Position numbers and translations under genes: made by a program. Below the pieces are notes generated by a model. The model searched no databases. It saw only the letters and a program-made list of their open reading frames with translations, and was not told the origin of the DNA. Positions 1 through 10,527 of a stretch of DNA of 64,000 bases are shown here, in pieces. This stretch comes from Candidatus Latescibacterota bacterium (lineage in GTDB: Bacteria > Latescibacterota > UBA2968 > GCA-2709665), in the NCBI GenBank assembly GCA_965116875.1, contig OZ220733.1, forward strand, positions 1,312,001 through 1,376,000. The letters are read 5' to 3'. Every line of letters starts with the position of its first letter. The stretch's first letter is position 1.

Positions 1-917
1 GTGAGGAACAACGGATCTCGTCCTGTCCAGAATGCCCGCAACGCTTCTTCATCGGGCAGATCATCTCCCGCCTCCACGCTCTGCCTGCCCACGAGCATGA
101 ATACGGACATCATAAACTGCTGTTCCCTCGGCGACATCCGGCTCAATCCGTTCACATAGGCCGGATAGGCGCGCTGGAGTTCATCCAGCGCCTGGTATGC
201 CAGCCCCAGGAAGAAGTGAACGTCCGGATCGTCCGGGCTGCGCCTCAGGAAGTCCTCGAAGAGCGCCGCCATTTTTTCCGGCATCCGGGCTTCGTAATAC
301 ACGAGTCCCAGCAGAAGCAGCGAAGGTCTGTGCTCCGGATCGACGTTCAGGGCGCGGGTCAGATAACCGATCGCCTGGTCCCGGTCCTTTTCACCGAATC
401 TTTCCAGACTGAACGATCTCGTTCGCCGGTTGCCCAGGTCATCGTACTGATAGTCGATGCGCTCGCTTTCGAGGTATCGCGACATCTGCCAGGCCGCGTA
501 CCGGCCGGCCAGGTACAGTGCGCCGGCGTGGTCGGGATTCATGTCGATGGCCTTTTTTGAATTCTTGAAGGCGTGGCCTCGCCTGCCCAGGGCCCAGAGT
601 ACTCTCGCGTATTCAATTCGGAATTCCACGTTGGTTCTGTCTTTTCGCATCGCCCGCTGCAGCCATGTTAAGGCCTGCCTGCGCGTACCCGGCGTGCTTT
701 CATCGCTGTAAAGCCGGGCGAGTTCGTACATTGCCCATCCGGACGGGTCCAGCCGGATCGCGTCCCTGATGAGCTTTTCGCGTTTCCGGTATTCGATCGT
801 TGTATCCGATGCCGCCGCAAGAAGCGAGTCCACGCGCACCGAAGCCGCCGTGGCGGCTTCAACGTGCGCTGCGCAGACCGGAATGGATGCTGCAATCGCT
901 ACTACCAGTGCCCACAT
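1..917 (-). CDS. TPR-repeat, probable GWxTD-domain secreted protein (runs off the left edge)
   Basis: Not in the ORF track; translated by hand from ATG 917 (GGAGGG upstream): signal-like MWALVVAIAASIPVCAAHVEAA, TPR-like helices (ALNVDPEHRPSLLLLGLVYY, PDDPDVHFFLGLAY), ending at the edge with FWTGRDPLFL, resembling the start of a GWxTD domain. Confidence 0.7.
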   Translation of the reverse strand, partial: MWALVVAIAASIPVCAAHVEAATAASVRVDSLLAAASDTTIEYRKREKLIRDAIRLDPSGWAMYELARLYSDESTPGTRRQALTWLQRAMRKDRTNVEFRIEYARVLWALGRRGHAFKNSKKAIDMNPDHAGALYLAGRYAAWQMSRYLESERIDYQYDDLGNRRTRSFSLERFGEKDRDQAIGYLTRALNVDPEHRPSLLLLGLVYYEARMPEKMAALFEDFLRRSPDDPDVHFFLGLAYQALDELQRAYPAYVNGLSRMSPREQQFMMSVFMLVGRQSVEAGDDLPDEEALRAFWTGRDPLFL

Positions 918-981
918 ACGCCCTCCCGTTACAGGTCGCGTCCAACGTCCCGCATTCTGTAACATCGCCACAAATGGCAGA

Positions 982-1010
982 TTGACAATGAAATAAATGC
1001 CCGGTATCAT
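982..1010 (+). promoter_or_regulatory. sigma70-like promoter
   Basis: TTGACA-17 nt-TATCAT upstream of the gene at 1090. Confidence 0.6.
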
Positions 1011-1089
1011 GTATACGAACGATCCGTGAAAAAGTTCTCCGGCCCTTCCAACGGTCCGATACGCGGCCGCGTTATTCCGGGAGAATTCG

Positions 1090-2160
1090 ATGGCGAACCC
1101 TTACACGCAACCTGCTGAGGTCGTCAGCCGCTGGATCAACGACCGTCAGCGCCTGCTTCGAAACGAGACGGAAGACTTTCTTCGAAGCGAGATCCTGGAT
1201 TACAGCCCGCGGCAGGCCGCGCATTGGAATCGGGACTACAGTTCGGTTGAGGCCTTCGAACGTTCGGTCGAAGCCAACCGCCGCTGCTGGCAGGAAACGA
1301 TCGGCGTCTTCGAGTACGACGGCACCCCGCTCGAACCGGTGCTGGATCCGTGGTACGAAGACGAGAGGTTCACCGCATGGTGGATTACCATCGGATTACT
1401 GGGCAATCTGAGAGGGCGCGGCATACTCGCCCTGCCCAAAGGCGCGGACGGTCCCGCCCCGCTCGTCATCGCCCAGCACGGTATCGGATCGTCGCCCGAA
1501 AAGGCATTCGGCCTGGACGATCCGAACGACACCTACAAATCCTATGCGCGGCGCCTGGCGGAAGAGGGCTTCGCCGTGATCGCTCCGATGAATATCACGG
1601 GCGGCCCGTCGCGGGCACGTCAGGAACGACTCTGCAAGCTCCTTGGCAATACCCTGTGGGGTCTGGAGATCTTCCGCACGCAGCGGCTTCTGGACTACCT
1701 GGAAACCCGCCCTGAAATTGACATCGAACGCACCGCAATGTATGGGATCAGCCTCGGCGGCGCCTATACCATGTTCACGACTCCGGTCGAACCCCGCATC
1801 AGGGCCGCCGTGGTGTGCGCATGGTTCAACCACAGGCGAAACAAAATGGCCGTGGACGACCCGAGGTACAGCTGCTTTCTTTCCGTCAACGAGGAGCACG
1901 TATGGATTCCGGGCTGGCTGAGCGCGTTCACCGACAGCGACCTGGTCTCGCTCATTTGTCCCCGTCCCCTGCTGGTGGAACAGGGCAAGGCCGACGGAAT
2001 CGCCTGGTGGCCGATGATGCTCGACGAGTATCGGCAGGCCGGCGAACACTACTCGAAACTGGGACTATCCGAGAATATCGATATCGACCTTCACGAAGGC
2101 GGTCACGAGATCCGGCTTGAAAGGAGCCTTCAATTCCTCAGGAAATGGCTGGCGAGGTAG
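1090..2160 (+). CDS. alpha/beta hydrolase (dienelactone hydrolase/esterase-like)
   Basis: GISLGG nucleophile elbow, C-terminal GGHE catalytic His, PLVIAQHG motif. Confidence 0.85.
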   Translation: MANPYTQPAEVVSRWINDRQRLLRNETEDFLRSEILDYSPRQAAHWNRDYSSVEAFERSVEANRRCWQETIGVFEYDGTPLEPVLDPWYEDERFTAWWITIGLLGNLRGRGILALPKGADGPAPLVIAQHGIGSSPEKAFGLDDPNDTYKSYARRLAEEGFAVIAPMNITGGPSRARQERLCKLLGNTLWGLEIFRTQRLLDYLETRPEIDIERTAMYGISLGGAYTMFTTPVEPRIRAAVVCAWFNHRRNKMAVDDPRYSCFLSVNEEHVWIPGWLSAFTDSDLVSLICPRPLLVEQGKADGIAWWPMMLDEYRQAGEHYSKLGLSENIDIDLHEGGHEIRLERSLQFLRKWLAR

Positions 2161-2244
2161 CCTTTGCGCGCACGCCCCGATCCGGCGTTGCGTGTCCCAC
2201 GCTGAATCGGACAGTCTAAAATACATCACGCAAAGGAAAAAAAC

Positions 2245-3243
2245 ATGGTGAAACTGGGTGTCTTCGGGTGCGCGGGCATTGCAACCCATCAGCTGAGTTC
2301 CGTGTGGGACGACGACTGCTTCCAGGTGGTCGCGGGAGCAGACGTACGTCCGTCGCAACTCGACCATTTCAGGGAAAAGTTCAATATGGGCCAGGGCTAT
2401 GCGGATTACAGGATCCTGCTTGACGAAGCCGATATCGAAGCCGTCATGATCTGCACGCCCACCTTCCTCCATCCGGAGATGACAATCGCGGCCGCGGAGG
2501 CCGGCAAACACGTCTTCTGCCAGAAACCCATGGCGATGAATTCTTACGACTGTTACCGCATGATCCGGACGTGCCGCAGAAATAACGTCGGACTCCAGAT
2601 CGGTTTCGTGCGGCGTTTCGACAATGACTGGGGCACGGTAAAAAAGGTCGTCGAATCCGGCCGGCTGGGCAGCCCGGTTGTCTGGCGTCAGATCTCCGGG
2701 GGCTCGCCCCCCGGGAGCCCGTTCTTCATGGACCGCTTTCAGGGCGGCGGGCCGATGATCGACGGCATGGTCCACAACTACGACTTCGCGGTCCACTGTT
2801 TCGGCGAACCCGTGGAAGTCAAGTCCATGCCCATCAAGATTCACCACACGTCCACCGCCTGGGATACGGGCACCGTCCTCGTCCGCTTTGAACGGGGCGA
2901 CGCCATCATGTGTTCCTGGACCTGGGGTCTGCCGTCCGGCGTTCGTCCAAGAGGCGGAACGGATATTATCGGTCCAAACGGCGCGCTCTCATTCCCCGGG
3001 AATTACGATCCGGGGAAGGCCGAAGGCAAATTCGACCCCGACACCCGGGGCGCCTACCTCCTTTCCCTGGCCGACGGCGAAGAGGAAGTCATCACCTTCG
3101 AAAAGAAAAACATGTTCCGGGACGAAATGCTGCATTTCGCCGATTGGGTTCAAAATGGAACGGACCCGCTGGTTACCGGTGAAGACGGCCTGCGCGCCAC
3201 CCGGATCGCGGAACTCGCGCTCAGCGGCGGCGGCCTGGTTTAG
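2245..3243 (+). CDS. Gfo/Idh/MocA family oxidoreductase
   Basis: GxxGCAGIA Rossmann start, GKHVFCQKP motif, GGGPMIDGMVH. Confidence 0.9.
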   Translation: MVKLGVFGCAGIATHQLSSVWDDDCFQVVAGADVRPSQLDHFREKFNMGQGYADYRILLDEADIEAVMICTPTFLHPEMTIAAAEAGKHVFCQKPMAMNSYDCYRMIRTCRRNNVGLQIGFVRRFDNDWGTVKKVVESGRLGSPVVWRQISGGSPPGSPFFMDRFQGGGPMIDGMVHNYDFAVHCFGEPVEVKSMPIKIHHTSTAWDTGTVLVRFERGDAIMCSWTWGLPSGVRPRGGTDIIGPNGALSFPGNYDPGKAEGKFDPDTRGAYLLSLADGEEEVITFEKKNMFRDEMLHFADWVQNGTDPLVTGEDGLRATRIAELALSGGGLV

Positions 3244-3297
3244 CCGCAAAACACCGTGGAAATGCGTGATTGGATGTCCCGACACCAAGAGAAATGC

Positions 3298-4182
3298 ATG
3301 ACTTTGTTACGTATCGCGCTTGCGCAGACGCGGCAGACCGCGGACCGGGAGGACAACCGCCTCGCCATCCTCGAAGCCATCGACCTCGCGGCTTCCCGGA
3401 ACGTGCAGATCCTTTGTTTTCCCGAGACCCAGACAACCGGCTATCGGGTAGACATTGCTTCCGCGGACGCTCCGGTGCCCGTCGCCTGGCTGAATGAGGT
3501 ACACGACGAAGTTGCGGCAAAATGCGCGAAGCACGGCGTCGCCTGCATCCTGGGTACCGAAACGCCATCCGAGCGTGGCAAGCCTTACAACACCGCGCTC
3601 GTGATCGATAAGCATGGAAACGTCCTGGGCCTGCACCATAAGACGATGCTGACGCCGCTGGACGCCATGGCCTACGAGCGGGGAAACGCGCAGCACACGT
3701 TCGATCTTGGCGGCGTGCGCATCGGCGTGGTCATCTGCTTCGAGGCGCTGCGCTTTGCTGAAACGACCGCCGAATGCGTGCGCCGCGGTGCACAGGTCGT
3801 CTTCCATCCGCAGAACAACACGACCCGTCCCAACGACTGGAAGATCCCCATCCACCATGCCATGATCGTCACCCGCGCCGCCGAGAATACCGTCTGGTTC
3901 GCTTCCTGCAACGCATGCCTCCCGCACCAGAACAGCCGCAGCCTGATTGTTGCCCCCGACGGCCGCGTTCACGGGCAGACGGAGCTGAGGCAGGAGGAAC
4001 TGCTGGTACGTGACGTCGACGTGCGGGAGGCGACGCGCGCCATGTTCAGCCTGGGTGAAGACGGTTCGGCCGTCGGGGCGCTGGAACACAGCGCAAGCCC
4101 GCTGTTTGCCGATACGGTGAAGGCGGAAGAGTATGCCGCCGCGCTCAAGGCGGAAGAGTCCCCCACCAGGGCACCGCAATGA
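3298..4182 (+). CDS. carbon-nitrogen hydrolase (nitrilase superfamily)
   Basis: E-K-C triad in FPE, HHK and VICFE; start placed at ATG 3298. Confidence 0.9.
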   Translation: MTLLRIALAQTRQTADREDNRLAILEAIDLAASRNVQILCFPETQTTGYRVDIASADAPVPVAWLNEVHDEVAAKCAKHGVACILGTETPSERGKPYNTALVIDKHGNVLGLHHKTMLTPLDAMAYERGNAQHTFDLGGVRIGVVICFEALRFAETTAECVRRGAQVVFHPQNNTTRPNDWKIPIHHAMIVTRAAENTVWFASCNACLPHQNSRSLIVAPDGRVHGQTELRQEELLVRDVDVREATRAMFSLGEDGSAVGALEHSASPLFADTVKAEEYAAALKAEESPTRAPQ

Positions 4183-6221
4183 CCGCTCGAACCGTCCTTA
4201 TATTCGCCGTCCTCCTCTGTACAGCCTCGACGGTGCTTGCGCAGGACAGCGAGGCGCCGCCCGAAGGCGACTTCAACGGCGACAATGCCGTCGACTTCCA
4301 GGATTTCATCCTGTTCGCAAAGGCGTTCGGCTCCGGACAGGCCTTATACGACCTGGACAGGGACGGCAGCGTCTCCTTTGGCGACTTCCTGCTTTTCGCC
4401 CGGGCGTTCGGCCGTACCGGCGACCCGGCTCTTCGGGTCCGGGATATCGGGATCCCGGTACGTTCGGTCAACTGGGTCCGCCTGCATCCCGGTCCGGACA
4501 GTGAAAACCGTCCGCGCGTGTACATCACCATGGGACAGCAGGCCGACAACCTGTTCGTCCTGCAGGTCGACCCCGAAACCGGCGCGTTCCACCAGTACGT
4601 ATCCAATGTCCCTCGATCCAACTACCCGACCGCCACGTTGATGAGCCGTTCCGGCCGCCTCTACATCGGGTCCGCGTACGCCGGCCACCTCCTCTGCTTC
4701 GATCCCCGTCTGAATGCCCTTCTGGATCTGGGCGCCATCAATCCGGGGGCCGCCACCTTCCCGTGCCGTATGGACGAAGATCAGGATGGCCGCATCTGGA
4801 TCGGCAGCTACCCGGGGGCCGACCTGACGGTTTACGACCCGAAAACCGGTGAGTTCACCCGTTACGGCCGCATGTCAAGCGTGGACAAGTACAATTATCC
4901 CCTGGTCGCTCCGGACGGCAAGATCGCGTGTCTTATCAGACAGACGCGGCCTCACGTCGTCGTCTTCGATCCCGCCACAGGGGGAAGTTTTCTGGTCGGT
5001 CCGATTACGTTCAAGGGACAGGGCACGCTGAACCTGGAGAGAAGGCGGGACGGCAACCTCTACGTCACCACGTCGGACTACGGCAATTTCCTGATTTCCG
5101 GGAACGAAGGCATCGCCGTCGCGACGCTGCCGGGCCGATTGTCGCGTCCGACGCTTCCCGACGGCAGCACCTTCGTGTTTTCCGACGGCACGGAACAGAT
5201 CTATCGCACCCTCCGCGTCCGCCGTCCCTTTGGCAGCGTCCGCACGTTCGAACTCGATTACGAGGCCAGTGGTACCGACATTTTCTACGTTCATACGGGC
5301 CCGGACGGCTTGATCTACGGATCGAGCATCCTGCCGCTGCACCTCTTCAGGTTCAACCCCCTCGCAGGCGAGCTGGTCGACCTGGGCAAGTGTTCCCGTT
5401 CCGCCGGCGAAGCCTATTCGATGGCAAACCTGCAAGGGAAGCTCTATATCTCCTCCTATCCTGCGGCTCGCATTTCGGTATACGACCCCGTCCTTCCCTA
5501 CCAGTATGGCACGGGCCCGGATGACAATCCCCGCGAACTGGGCCGCCTGGACGATATCTCCTACCGGCCCCGTTCCACGCTCGCGGGTCCGATGGGCAGG
5601 GTCTGGGTCGCGTCCGTACCGGACTACGGCCGGTGGGGCGGTCCCCTCGCCTACTACGATCCCGCGACGGGTGAACGGAAATCCTACAAACGCATCGTGG
5701 GAGATGCGAGTTGTTATACACTCGCCCACCTGGAATCGCAGAAGCTCATCGCCGTGGGCACGACGATCCGCGGCGGCAGCGGGACGAATCCCAAAGTCAG
5801 CGTAGCCAACCTCTTTTTGTGGGACTACCACGCCGAAGAAAAGGCCTGGGAGGGAACGATCGAGGGACGAAGCTCGCCCGTAACCGTCTTCAATGCATTG
5901 CTTGCCGGCCCCGACGGCCTGCTCTATGGTACGGTTCGGGGCGGCGGCGATGAACTCTTCGTTTTCGATCCCGATACCCGCGCCTTCATCCACCGCGCTC
6001 CCTTGCCCGCCGGCCGCACCCTTGACCTGGGTCTGCAAAACGGTCCGGACGGCAAAATTTACGGCTTTACCAGTACGCTCATCTACAGTCTCGATCCCAC
6101 AACCCGTAAGATCGAGGAAGTCCTCAGCGTGGAGGACGGTATCCGGATCGCCGGGCCGATCCTGGGCAAGGAGATTTACTTTGCGACCGGCGCGGTGCTC
6201 AGATCGGCGACCATATTCTAA
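4179..6221 (+). CDS. secreted beta-propeller protein with N-terminal paired EF-hand/dockerin-like module
   Basis: Signal peptide; DFNGDNAVDFQDF and DLDRDGSVSFGDF loops; repeated blade motifs such as GPDGLIYG and FDPxTG. Confidence 0.75.
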   Translation: MTARTVLIFAVLLCTASTVLAQDSEAPPEGDFNGDNAVDFQDFILFAKAFGSGQALYDLDRDGSVSFGDFLLFARAFGRTGDPALRVRDIGIPVRSVNWVRLHPGPDSENRPRVYITMGQQADNLFVLQVDPETGAFHQYVSNVPRSNYPTATLMSRSGRLYIGSAYAGHLLCFDPRLNALLDLGAINPGAATFPCRMDEDQDGRIWIGSYPGADLTVYDPKTGEFTRYGRMSSVDKYNYPLVAPDGKIACLIRQTRPHVVVFDPATGGSFLVGPITFKGQGTLNLERRRDGNLYVTTSDYGNFLISGNEGIAVATLPGRLSRPTLPDGSTFVFSDGTEQIYRTLRVRRPFGSVRTFELDYEASGTDIFYVHTGPDGLIYGSSILPLHLFRFNPLAGELVDLGKCSRSAGEAYSMANLQGKLYISSYPAARISVYDPVLPYQYGTGPDDNPRELGRLDDISYRPRSTLAGPMGRVWVASVPDYGRWGGPLAYYDPATGERKSYKRIVGDASCYTLAHLESQKLIAVGTTIRGGSGTNPKVSVANLFLWDYHAEEKAWEGTIEGRSSPVTVFNALLAGPDGLLYGTVRGGGDELFVFDPDTRAFIHRAPLPAGRTLDLGLQNGPDGKIYGFTSTLIYSLDPTTRKIEEVLSVEDGIRIAGPILGKEIYFATGAVLRSATIF

Positions 6222-6412
6222 CCAAGATTCGTCATTTTTCGGGAAGGTTAATTCGAATATGTGCCAGTTAATAAAGGCGATTCAACTGCTGATTACCAGG
6301 ATACACCAGGACACTGGACGTGAACGGAAAAAATGTCCTTCATGACGACCATTTCGGCCCGTTTCGAAAGGTTTCGTCGCGGTGCCGCGTTGCGGCTTTT
6401 GCGGAATTGAGT
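6222..6412. mobile_element. IS1380-like MITE, copy 1 (191 bp)
   Basis: Ends CCAAGATTC...GAATTGAGT; flanked by direct CTAA (6218-6221, 6413-6416); near-identical to 59640-59829. Confidence 0.75.
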
Positions 6413-6527
6413 CTAAGAATCGGAAGAGGGTAGAAGGGAGAAGGAAGAGATTGCCTGCAGAGCGACTTTATAAACGGACTGCTAAGCGATCCGGACAGGC
6501 TGTTCACATCTGAAAAGGGTACCGCCA

Positions 6528-7595
6528 ATGGCGTCGAGATTACCGGGAAAAAAACTCCGTATTGCCTTTATCGGCGCGGGAGGCATCGCCGGCGCCCACA
6601 TGCGCTGCCTGTCGGAGATGGATGACGTGGATATGGTCGCCATGGCGGACATCTCCGGTGCGGCCCTTGAAAGACGTTCGAAAGAGTACGGCATTGCCGA
6701 CTGCTTTGCGGACTACGGGACCATGCTGAGCGAAGTCAGGCCCGATGCCGTAAGCGTCTGCACGCCGAACGGCCTTCACGCTCCGGCCACCATCGCGTCG
6801 CTTTCGGCGGGCGCGCACGTCATCGTCGAAAAGCCGATGGCCATGAACGCGCGGGAAGCGAGGGCCATGCTGGACGCCGCCAGGAAACACCGGCGAAAGC
6901 TGGTCATCGGATTTCAGCATCGCTTCGACCCGAAAACCCGATTCATCAAAGACGCCGTGGACAGCGGCCGGCTGGGGAGGATCCTGTTTGCCCGCGTGCA
7001 GGCCCTGCGCAGGCGCGGCATTCCCAACTGGGGTGTTTTCGGCCGGAAGGAACTCCAGGGCGGCGGCCCGCTCGTGGACATCGGCGTACACGTGCTGGAA
7101 GCCGTCCACTACATCATGGGCGCGCCCAGACCCGTCGCGGCCGGTGGCAACGTCTTTACGTACCTTGGAAATAAGAAACCGGAAACGGTCTGCAGGTGGC
7201 CGGATTGGGACTATGAGACCTACACGGTCGAAGACCTTGCCGTGGGCCAGATCCGCTTTGAAGACAACGCCGTCATTCACGTGGAATCCAGCTTTGCCGC
7301 ACACATCCGGGCCGACGTATGGAACTTTCAGCTCATGGGCGAAAAGGGCGGCGCCACCTGGGATCCGCTTACGATTGCAAGGGATGACAGCGGATATATG
7401 CTAAACACCGAGCCCGGCTGGCTGCCGAAATCTGAATTCGGTTCCACCTTCGGCGCCAAACTTCGCAATTTTGTCGACCACGTCCTTTACGACAGACCCA
7501 CGCTCGCGCCGGCCGAACACGGCCTGATGGTCCAGCAGATGATGGACGCCATTTACGAATCCGCCGAGCAGGGACGCGAAGTCGGCATCGACTAA
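6528..7595 (+). CDS. Gfo/Idh/MocA family oxidoreductase
   Basis: IGAGGIA, EKPMA and GGGPLVDIGVH motifs. Confidence 0.92.
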   Translation: MASRLPGKKLRIAFIGAGGIAGAHMRCLSEMDDVDMVAMADISGAALERRSKEYGIADCFADYGTMLSEVRPDAVSVCTPNGLHAPATIASLSAGAHVIVEKPMAMNAREARAMLDAARKHRRKLVIGFQHRFDPKTRFIKDAVDSGRLGRILFARVQALRRRGIPNWGVFGRKELQGGGPLVDIGVHVLEAVHYIMGAPRPVAAGGNVFTYLGNKKPETVCRWPDWDYETYTVEDLAVGQIRFEDNAVIHVESSFAAHIRADVWNFQLMGEKGGATWDPLTIARDDSGYMLNTEPGWLPKSEFGSTFGAKLRNFVDHVLYDRPTLAPAEHGLMVQQMMDAIYESAEQGREVGID

Positions 7596-7666
7596 GTCTA
7601 CTTACGGGCGCGCGTTTCACACGCAATCTCCGGATTGGGTAAACCCCTTTACTCTTGCAGAACGAC

Positions 7667-9088
7667 ATGGAAAAGCCGGTCAACACCGACAACCTCGTGG
7701 CTGCTTCGCGTCACCTCTGGCAGAACTACTTCCACGGCGCCCAGCCCGATAAGCTCCCGATGACGATTACCCATGGCGACGGCCTGTACATTTACGACGC
7801 CGAGGGCAACGAATACCTGGACACCTTCGCCTCCCTGCTCACGACGCTGTGCGGGCACGGTCGGTCGGAAGTCGTCGACGCAGTGAACGAACAGATGGGG
7901 AAACTGGCCTACTTTCCCGGCGGACAGGACTATCTGATCGAACCTGCCGCAAGGCTGGCGGCGAAACTGGCAGAGATCGCCCCCGGGGACCTCTCGGTCT
8001 CCTTCCTCGTCAACGACGGCTCCGAAGCCAATGAGGCCGCCATAAAGCTGGCGCGCAGCTATTCCTGGGCCAGAGGCGAGAAAAACCGCTACAAGGTGAT
8101 ATTCCGCAGGGGCTCGTATCACGGCGCCACACTCGGCGCGCTCTCCGCGACCGGCCTCGCGGGCTCTCGTGAACCCTATGAACCCCTGCTGCCCGGGTTC
8201 ACCCACGCCATGCCCGCGAACTGTTATCGCTGTGAGCTCGGCCTGGATCCCGGCACCTGTGCGCTGGCGTGCCTGAAGAATCTGGCATCTATTCTGGAAT
8301 GGGAAGGCCCACAGACGGTCGCCGCCGTCATCATGGATCCCATTCCCGGCTCCAATACCGGGTTTCCCCTTCCCCCGGATGGGTATCTGGAGGGCGTGCG
8401 CGAACTTTGCGACCGGCATGGCGTCCTGCTCATCTTCGATGAAATCCAGACCGGTTTCGGCCGAACCGGAAGGATGTTCGCCTGTGAGAACTGGAATGTG
8501 ACGCCGGATATCATGACGGTTGCCAAAGGGTTCTCAGGCGGCTATCTGCCCATTGGCGCCGCCATTGCGACCGAGGAAATTGCCGAGACCATTCGGAGCG
8601 CCGGGACCGGATTCCGGCACATTCACACCTTTTCGGGCCATGCCGCCGCCTGCGCCGCCGCACTCGCCCATATCGAAATCATCCAGAAAGAAGGCCTCGT
8701 GCAGCGGGCCGCCGACCTGGGTGTCCGGTTCAGGAGAAAGCTGGACGAACTCTACCGATATCCACTGGTGGGAGACGTGCGCGGCATCGGCACACTCTGG
8801 GCCGTCGAACTCGTGGGCGACCGCGAGACCCGAAGGCCGGTGAATCCCCCTGGAAAAGCGGGCGGATATATCGCCGGATTCTGCGGGAAGGCCGGTATGA
8901 TCCTGCGCAACAACGGCGACATCCTCGTCCTGGCCCCGGCTCTCGTTATGTCCATCTCACAGGCAGACAGGATGCTCAGCCTGCTGCACGACGCCATCGA
9001 CTCCGCAATGCGTCATTGTAAACAAAGCGGGAACCGCTTCGAGTGGGTCGAGGAAGCTTCGTCCGGACCGGCAAAGGGACCCGCTTGA
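7667..9088 (+). CDS. class III PLP-dependent aminotransferase
   Basis: GSEANEAAIK, SYHG, LIFDEIQTGFGRTG, PDIMTVAKG (PLP lysine). Confidence 0.92.
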   Translation: MEKPVNTDNLVAASRHLWQNYFHGAQPDKLPMTITHGDGLYIYDAEGNEYLDTFASLLTTLCGHGRSEVVDAVNEQMGKLAYFPGGQDYLIEPAARLAAKLAEIAPGDLSVSFLVNDGSEANEAAIKLARSYSWARGEKNRYKVIFRRGSYHGATLGALSATGLAGSREPYEPLLPGFTHAMPANCYRCELGLDPGTCALACLKNLASILEWEGPQTVAAVIMDPIPGSNTGFPLPPDGYLEGVRELCDRHGVLLIFDEIQTGFGRTGRMFACENWNVTPDIMTVAKGFSGGYLPIGAAIATEEIAETIRSAGTGFRHIHTFSGHAAACAAALAHIEIIQKEGLVQRAADLGVRFRRKLDELYRYPLVGDVRGIGTLWAVELVGDRETRRPVNPPGKAGGYIAGFCGKAGMILRNNGDILVLAPALVMSISQADRMLSLLHDAIDSAMRHCKQSGNRFEWVEEASSGPAKGPA

Positions 9089-9123
9089 CGCCTTGGCCCT
9101 CCTGTAACCGGGAAAACAGACCC

Positions 9124-10128
9124 ATGATGCCCGACAGAGAAACATGCCTCGAAATGCTCCGGCGGATGTACCGTATCCGCTCCTTTGAGGAGCAGGTAAG
9201 GGCCCACTACGACTATACCGGCTATCTTCGCGAAAACCCCGAAAGCGAAGGGGTCATCTCGGGCGCCGCCCACCTGGCCATCGGCCAGGAAGGCGCCGAG
9301 GTTGGTGTCTGCGCCGCCCTCGAGCCGGATGACTTCGTGGCCAGCACGCACAGGGGTCACGGCCATGCCATCGCCAAGGGTGCGGACCTCAAGCCGATGA
9401 TGGCCGAGTTGATGGGGAGGAAACACGGGTACAGCGGCGGATGCGGCGGTTCCATGCACATCTTCAGTTCAGAACTCGGACTGATCGGGGGGAACGGAAT
9501 CGTGGGAGCTCAGGTCCCCATCGCCACCGGCGCCGCCTTTTCCGCGAAATATCGCGGCACACGGCAGGTGGCCGTCGCGTTTTTCAGCGAGGGGGCCGCC
9601 AATCAGGGCGCATTCCACGAAGCCCTGAACATGGCCGCGCTCTGGGACCTCCCCGCCGTCTACGTCTGCGAAAACAACCTCTACGCCGCCACCACGCCCG
9701 CTGCCATAACGCTTTCGCCGCCGGACGTCGCGGCCAAGGCAGCCGCATATGGCCTGCCGGGCGCCATCGTAGACGGCCAGGACGTCCTCGCGGTGTACCG
9801 GGTTGCATCGGAGGCCGTTGCCAGCGCGCGCGCCGGCAACGGACCCACGCTTATCGAGTGCAAGACCTATCGCTTTGTGAGCCACGCGGGTGGAGGCAGA
9901 GGCGAACACAACAACCCGGAAGAACTGGAGACCTGGAAGAGCAAGGACCCGATCGCCCTCTTCGAACGCAAGCTCATTGACGCCGGATACCTCACGGCCG
10001 AAGAAAGACAGAACGTCGTTTCCGATGCCGAAGAGGACGCGCGCGAAGCCGTTGAATACGGCAAACGATCGCCCTATCCTGATTTCGAAGATATGCCCGT
10101 TACCCCAGGGGTCGCCCTTTACCCTTGA
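9124..10128 (+). CDS. TPP-dependent dehydrogenase E1 alpha subunit (AcoA/PdhA-like)
   Basis: HLAIGQE, THRGHGH, GGSMH, CENNLY; TPP motif reads SEGAANQG. Confidence 0.9.
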   Translation: MMPDRETCLEMLRRMYRIRSFEEQVRAHYDYTGYLRENPESEGVISGAAHLAIGQEGAEVGVCAALEPDDFVASTHRGHGHAIAKGADLKPMMAELMGRKHGYSGGCGGSMHIFSSELGLIGGNGIVGAQVPIATGAAFSAKYRGTRQVAVAFFSEGAANQGAFHEALNMAALWDLPAVYVCENNLYAATTPAAITLSPPDVAAKAAAYGLPGAIVDGQDVLAVYRVASEAVASARAGNGPTLIECKTYRFVSHAGGGRGEHNNPEELETWKSKDPIALFERKLIDAGYLTAEERQNVVSDAEEDAREAVEYGKRSPYPDFEDMPVTPGVALYP

Positions 10129-10155
10129 TCCGAAGAAAGGCAACGGCGAAACTTA

Positions 10156-10424
10156 CCACAAAAAGCACATAGGGCACAAAAGGAATCGGCGTAAGAGCGG
10201 CATCAAGGTCGTACGAATGGATGAAATTTCCGTTCACGTCGAGTGACCTCGAGTATCCGAGATCTTTGACATCAATTCGCCTATGTTCTTCTGTATATAT
10301 TTGACATTCAGGTCACCGAATCTACGCAGGTAAATGGAGGCGATTTGACCTCGGAGTTTCAGGACACTTCGGGTCACGGGCCATTTCGCACCTGTACTTT
10401 CTGTGCCTTTTGTGCTTTTTGTGG
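10156..10424. repeat. A-rich inverted-repeat element (CCACAAAAAGCAC family)
   Basis: Arms ccacaaaaagcacatagggcacaaaag and ctttctgtgccttttgtgctttttgtgg; same family at 37189-37345. Confidence 0.7.
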
Positions 10425-10527
10425 CCAATTTTGCAGTCGTCTGTTTTCGCATTAAGGCCGATGCGTGAAGTGTGTCCCTGGAAATTGGATGAAGCTGTTC
10501 TCGAAATAGATATACGGAGACCGATCC

